From Takakia lepidozioides (taxonomy: Eukaryota; Plantae; Bryophyta), in NCBI GenBank assembly GCA_030704615.1, contig CM060732.1, positions 58,652,001 to 58,716,000 of the forward strand: a DNA stretch of 64,000 nt, given 5' to 3'. This document shows positions 60,365-64,000 of this stretch, one piece after another. Position 1 is the first letter of the stretch; each line of letters opens with the position of its first letter. Made by a program: the position numbers and the translations under genes. The notes under the pieces were generated by a model. That model searched no databases, was not told where the DNA came from, and saw nothing but the letters and a program-made list of their open reading frames with translations.

Positions 60365-62383
60365 GCTTCTTCGATAAATAACTGAAGAATCCGTCGATGT
60401 CCTCATGGGTATGGCCAACCATGAGAAATCCCATCTGAATCTCCTCAAACACTCCTCTCGCAGTTAGGAGCAACAGAAAAGCCAACATCCACCTATTTTT
60501 GTTTTCCTTCACGTAGTTGTCCAACTGCAGGTAGAGTCTTCACGGAAGAGGGACTTTTTCCTTTTTTCTTCTCCTTATCGCCGAAAGGTTCCAGGACGTC
60601 GAGACACCTCCATTTACCCTTCATGAGAGATATCGAAAAAAAGAATTATGAGGTGGGTGGTCCAAGATGTTACGACTTTCGCGGCAGGAGGGCTTCTCTT
60701 GTTGGCGGAGGCATCTTGCCAAAGAGCCAATCGTGAAGTTTGGGTCTCCTGGCCAGAAGTCCAGAGAGTACTGTCCGTAGGCTCCGTCCCCGTGGCCGTG
60801 GGTGACCATGCCGGTCAGCGAGATTGGAAGCTGACCTAAGCCGGAGACCATCTTGTTCGTCGTCTGCAACCTTGGAATAGCTGTTTTATGATGATCCATC
60901 TTGTCATGAATGATGCAGAGGAACTCGGATGACATCATCGCTGACTCATTCCTCCATCTGTGATAGAGTCTCCTGCAAGACTCCTGAAGCTTGAGGTGCT
61001 TATCAAGTGCTTTATTGTGCGAGGCCTGCTCATCGCTACATTTGACCGACTTCTTGATTAGGTCTTTGAGCATCTCACAGTCTGTGCATTTGGCAAACGT
61101 GCTACTACTTTTTCTAACCTCGACATTGGGAAAATCCGTTGTCTGATTCTGCTGACGGACTGTCTGGGAGATAGGCTTCAACCCACATATTTTATTCGCC
61201 TGCAAGACAGACATGGGGAAATAAACCTCGCACGATCGCCCGAGCTTTAATAGTGAGAGGTCTGATACATTGCGTGGAAGCAAAACAACGAAGGTCCCAA
61301 AAAATATAGAATTCGGAAAGTGGTAAAAAGAAGAAGAACTCACCTCATTACACTCATCACGAAGTTTTTTCCAGTTCAGTTCAGGTGGCAGAACTCGAAG
61401 AGTATCTCTCCGTCCGTCTCTAATACAGCGGGTCTTATGAGGCATGAGATCGGAATTTCCGTTTATAATCGACATTAAGTTTCCTTCAGCTTGACGAGTT
61501 TGTGGACGGGGCCGTTTCACTCCGGAATTCCCATGCAACAATGTAACCACACCCTCTCTGCTTAGTTTTTTGTATTCCATGTAGGTTGAACGACCGATTC
61601 CGTGAATTGTCCACCAAGCTGTCTCACACACATCAACGCCCTCAATGGTTATGTAGGCCTTTGTTGAAACCCCGTCGATTTGATGAAGTTTTTTGGGCAC
61701 ATCAAAACCGAGCTCTCTTCGTTCGTCGTAAGAGGATCCCCAATAAGCGGTCCAGATAGCGAGTGTTTTTCTCCAGTCGAAATATTGGCAACTTCTGGTT
61801 AGTTGAAATGCCGGTATGCTGTTTTTTTCACACCTTCGTAGTGACCAATATCTGTTTGTTCCTCGCTATTGATGAACCTATGAAGCTCATGTGACAATGT
61901 CCTGCAACTATCAATCAACCGAGTCTGCGTCAATGGCCAGTTCACGAGACACATGAGATTGGTTGAACCGCCATTCAAAATCTTTGTAACGAACACCCCG
62001 ACGTGATGTTCTCCAACTTTCTCACGAAGTATCACCTCGTTAGGATGACATGCTTGAATTCTCCCCTTGTACAAAGCACTTTGTCCATCTCCAAGGAGAA
62101 TACACATCTTATTTCTCCAACTGTCTCTACCCATAGCAACATCGTTATTCGGAGACGGCCTTGACATGTCAAATTCAATTTGTTCATTGAATTTTGGATC
62201 GGAATCATCCACAGATGTCAATTCGACCTCCGAGAACTGAGGATCCTCATTGTTGGTGTTGGTGTCAGTCCCAGTATCTTTTTGAATTTGCATAACATCC
62301 GACAGGTGTTCTGATTGCTTCTCCCAAAGAGTCCACATCCATGTGCGGATATGGCAACGACACAGAAGAATGTGCCGGATCAC
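60365..62383 (-). pseudogene. Sola-like / DUF7869-type DDE transposase interrupted by the LTR element
   Basis: VCETAW, FAKCTDC, CIIHDKMD, LYLQLDNYVKENKN and FLMVGHTHEDIDGFFS, ending exactly at the LTR boundary. There is a probable intron at about 61201-61343. The superfamily assignment comes from recalled motif resemblance. Confidence 0.65.
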
Positions 62384-64000
62384 AAGACACTATAACAACA
62401 GATATTGTGGACCCGTTTAGCTGTCATCCGTAGCAACTTCCACAACCAGTCACGTTGAGACATTTTGCTGTTGCGACGATAGAGTTTGAGCCCTGAAGAG
62501 TGAGGAAAACTTGTTGACCAGTTTGGAACAACGACATTTCCACGAACCTCGCGCGATCACGTGTGTATCCTACAGTAGAGATGCTGGTGATTAATGATTT
62601 GGCACTATATCGATCGACACTAAGAAAGAGTGAAACAATAAGTTACTGAAGTTTGTTTAGAAAAACTGAGGATGAAGATAAAAAGGAATCTTGCGCGATC
62701 GCCCGCGTTTAGGGTTATAATGATTTGGGAATTGAAAATAGAACTCTTACTCTCGGATTATGTACTAGAATGTAGAACGTAGGTCTGTATTGGTTGAAAC
62801 AAAAATTTATAGAAAATCAAAGGATCTGCTAAAGCTACGACCCGAATGTACAACATTGTCTACGACTAGAACTATATCGACGGGCGTTCGCGAGTGGTTC
62901 AGATGGATGAAATGAAGGACGGATGAATAATGGTAGACGAGTTTTGGATGACAAATAAGAAAATGGATGAATAAATGAAAACATGGATGAACGAAACAGC
63001 TGTAGTGCGAGTGATCATTCGAAGTACATAAAATGGTTGGGTGTAGGTAAGATCTTTGCAGACAGTGGATGGGAACAGAGGAGCAGAGAGACAGAAGAGA
63101 AACCCAGATGAAGTGGAGAGGCTCTCAATATTGACAGGAGTTCAAAGGGAAGAATGAACGTACGACAGACAGTCCCGAAGATCAGCGAGCCAGATCAACT
63201 GAGAGAGAAAAAATGACATGCGTGCACATGGCAGGCTCTTATACGGATTGTCAAACAGTATGAGGTTGACGTGTTCACATTACAGAGGTGCGTTTGGAGT
63301 GTCATGGATCGACAAATTGTCGCCCTTGATATGCTCTTTCGTGTAATCTAGTGGCTATTATGTGACCTCCAGAGCATAAATTCAAGTAGGAGTCTAAAAT
63401 CCTCCGAACATTAAGGGGTCCATAAGTTATTGCGGCCAATGCGAATAACTAACTGATTCGAGATCTGGAATCTGACATCCAAAGCACCAGAGAAGCAGCA
63501 AATCCAATGTTGAATTAATGATGCAAAAGAAGGAATAATCGGCGATGAAAGTGACCGCCTCGCCATTGTGATGAGCCGGCGGCCATCTATGGCAAGGTGA
63601 CATTAAGTAGCCGCAATGAACGTGGGGCTGTAGATGAGGTGTAGGTAGAGAAAACCTGAGACCGATCAAATCCCAGATGCATGTCCCGACACCTCATTAT
63701 TGAACCTATGAATAATATTTTTATCATTGGATGAAATAAGAGCCTACGCGGATGAACCAGACGTATACTGGATGAGATGACTGCCCTAGTGGATGATTCA
63801 ACTCCCCTCATGAATGAGTGCCGTCACGGGAACCCGCAATAATTCCAGGGTGTTCACTTTATGAAGGCGTCGGATTGTCGCGCCGTAACGCTCCTGACAA
63901 ACTAGTGGAAGTCCATTCATTACTGACAGTCATGTCGCATCATTGATTGTACCTGCATAAATTTAGGGATCCTCAGCGAACCGTTGGGACAAACATCCCG

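Overview
Eukaryotic, repeat-rich nuclear DNA, most likely from a non-seed land plant with flagellated sperm. This is inferred from a spliced CFAP100 axonemal gene, a PLS-DYW PPR editing factor, a plant UGT remnant, a chloroplast CPN20 remnant and a self-priming chromovirus-type LTR. Apparently intact genes: an intronless DUF829/TMEM53-like hydrolase (-), a 15-exon CFAP100 (-), a divergently oriented 5-exon canonical Cdc25 phosphatase with an HCEFSSAR active site (+), and a PLS-E-DYW PPR gene (+). The rest is mostly transposon debris: three decayed copies and one 38-bp micro-copy of an APE+RT LINE, 3' ends of a second LINE family, hAT and CACTA non-autonomous elements with clean TSDs, a rearranged ~10-kb CACTA element carrying an FCP1/HAD domain, a MULE/SWIM-family remnant, a Sola-like DDE transposase interrupted by a Ty3/gypsy LTR+gag, and a tandem array of collapsed 76-aa PPR-derived units. 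The strongest observations are the animal/yeast-type Cdc25 (not resolved by the ORF track, which splits it across exons), the collapsed-PPR array, the self-priming PBS and the CACTA rearrangement with its captured domain. All exon models were assembled by eye and no database searches were run.
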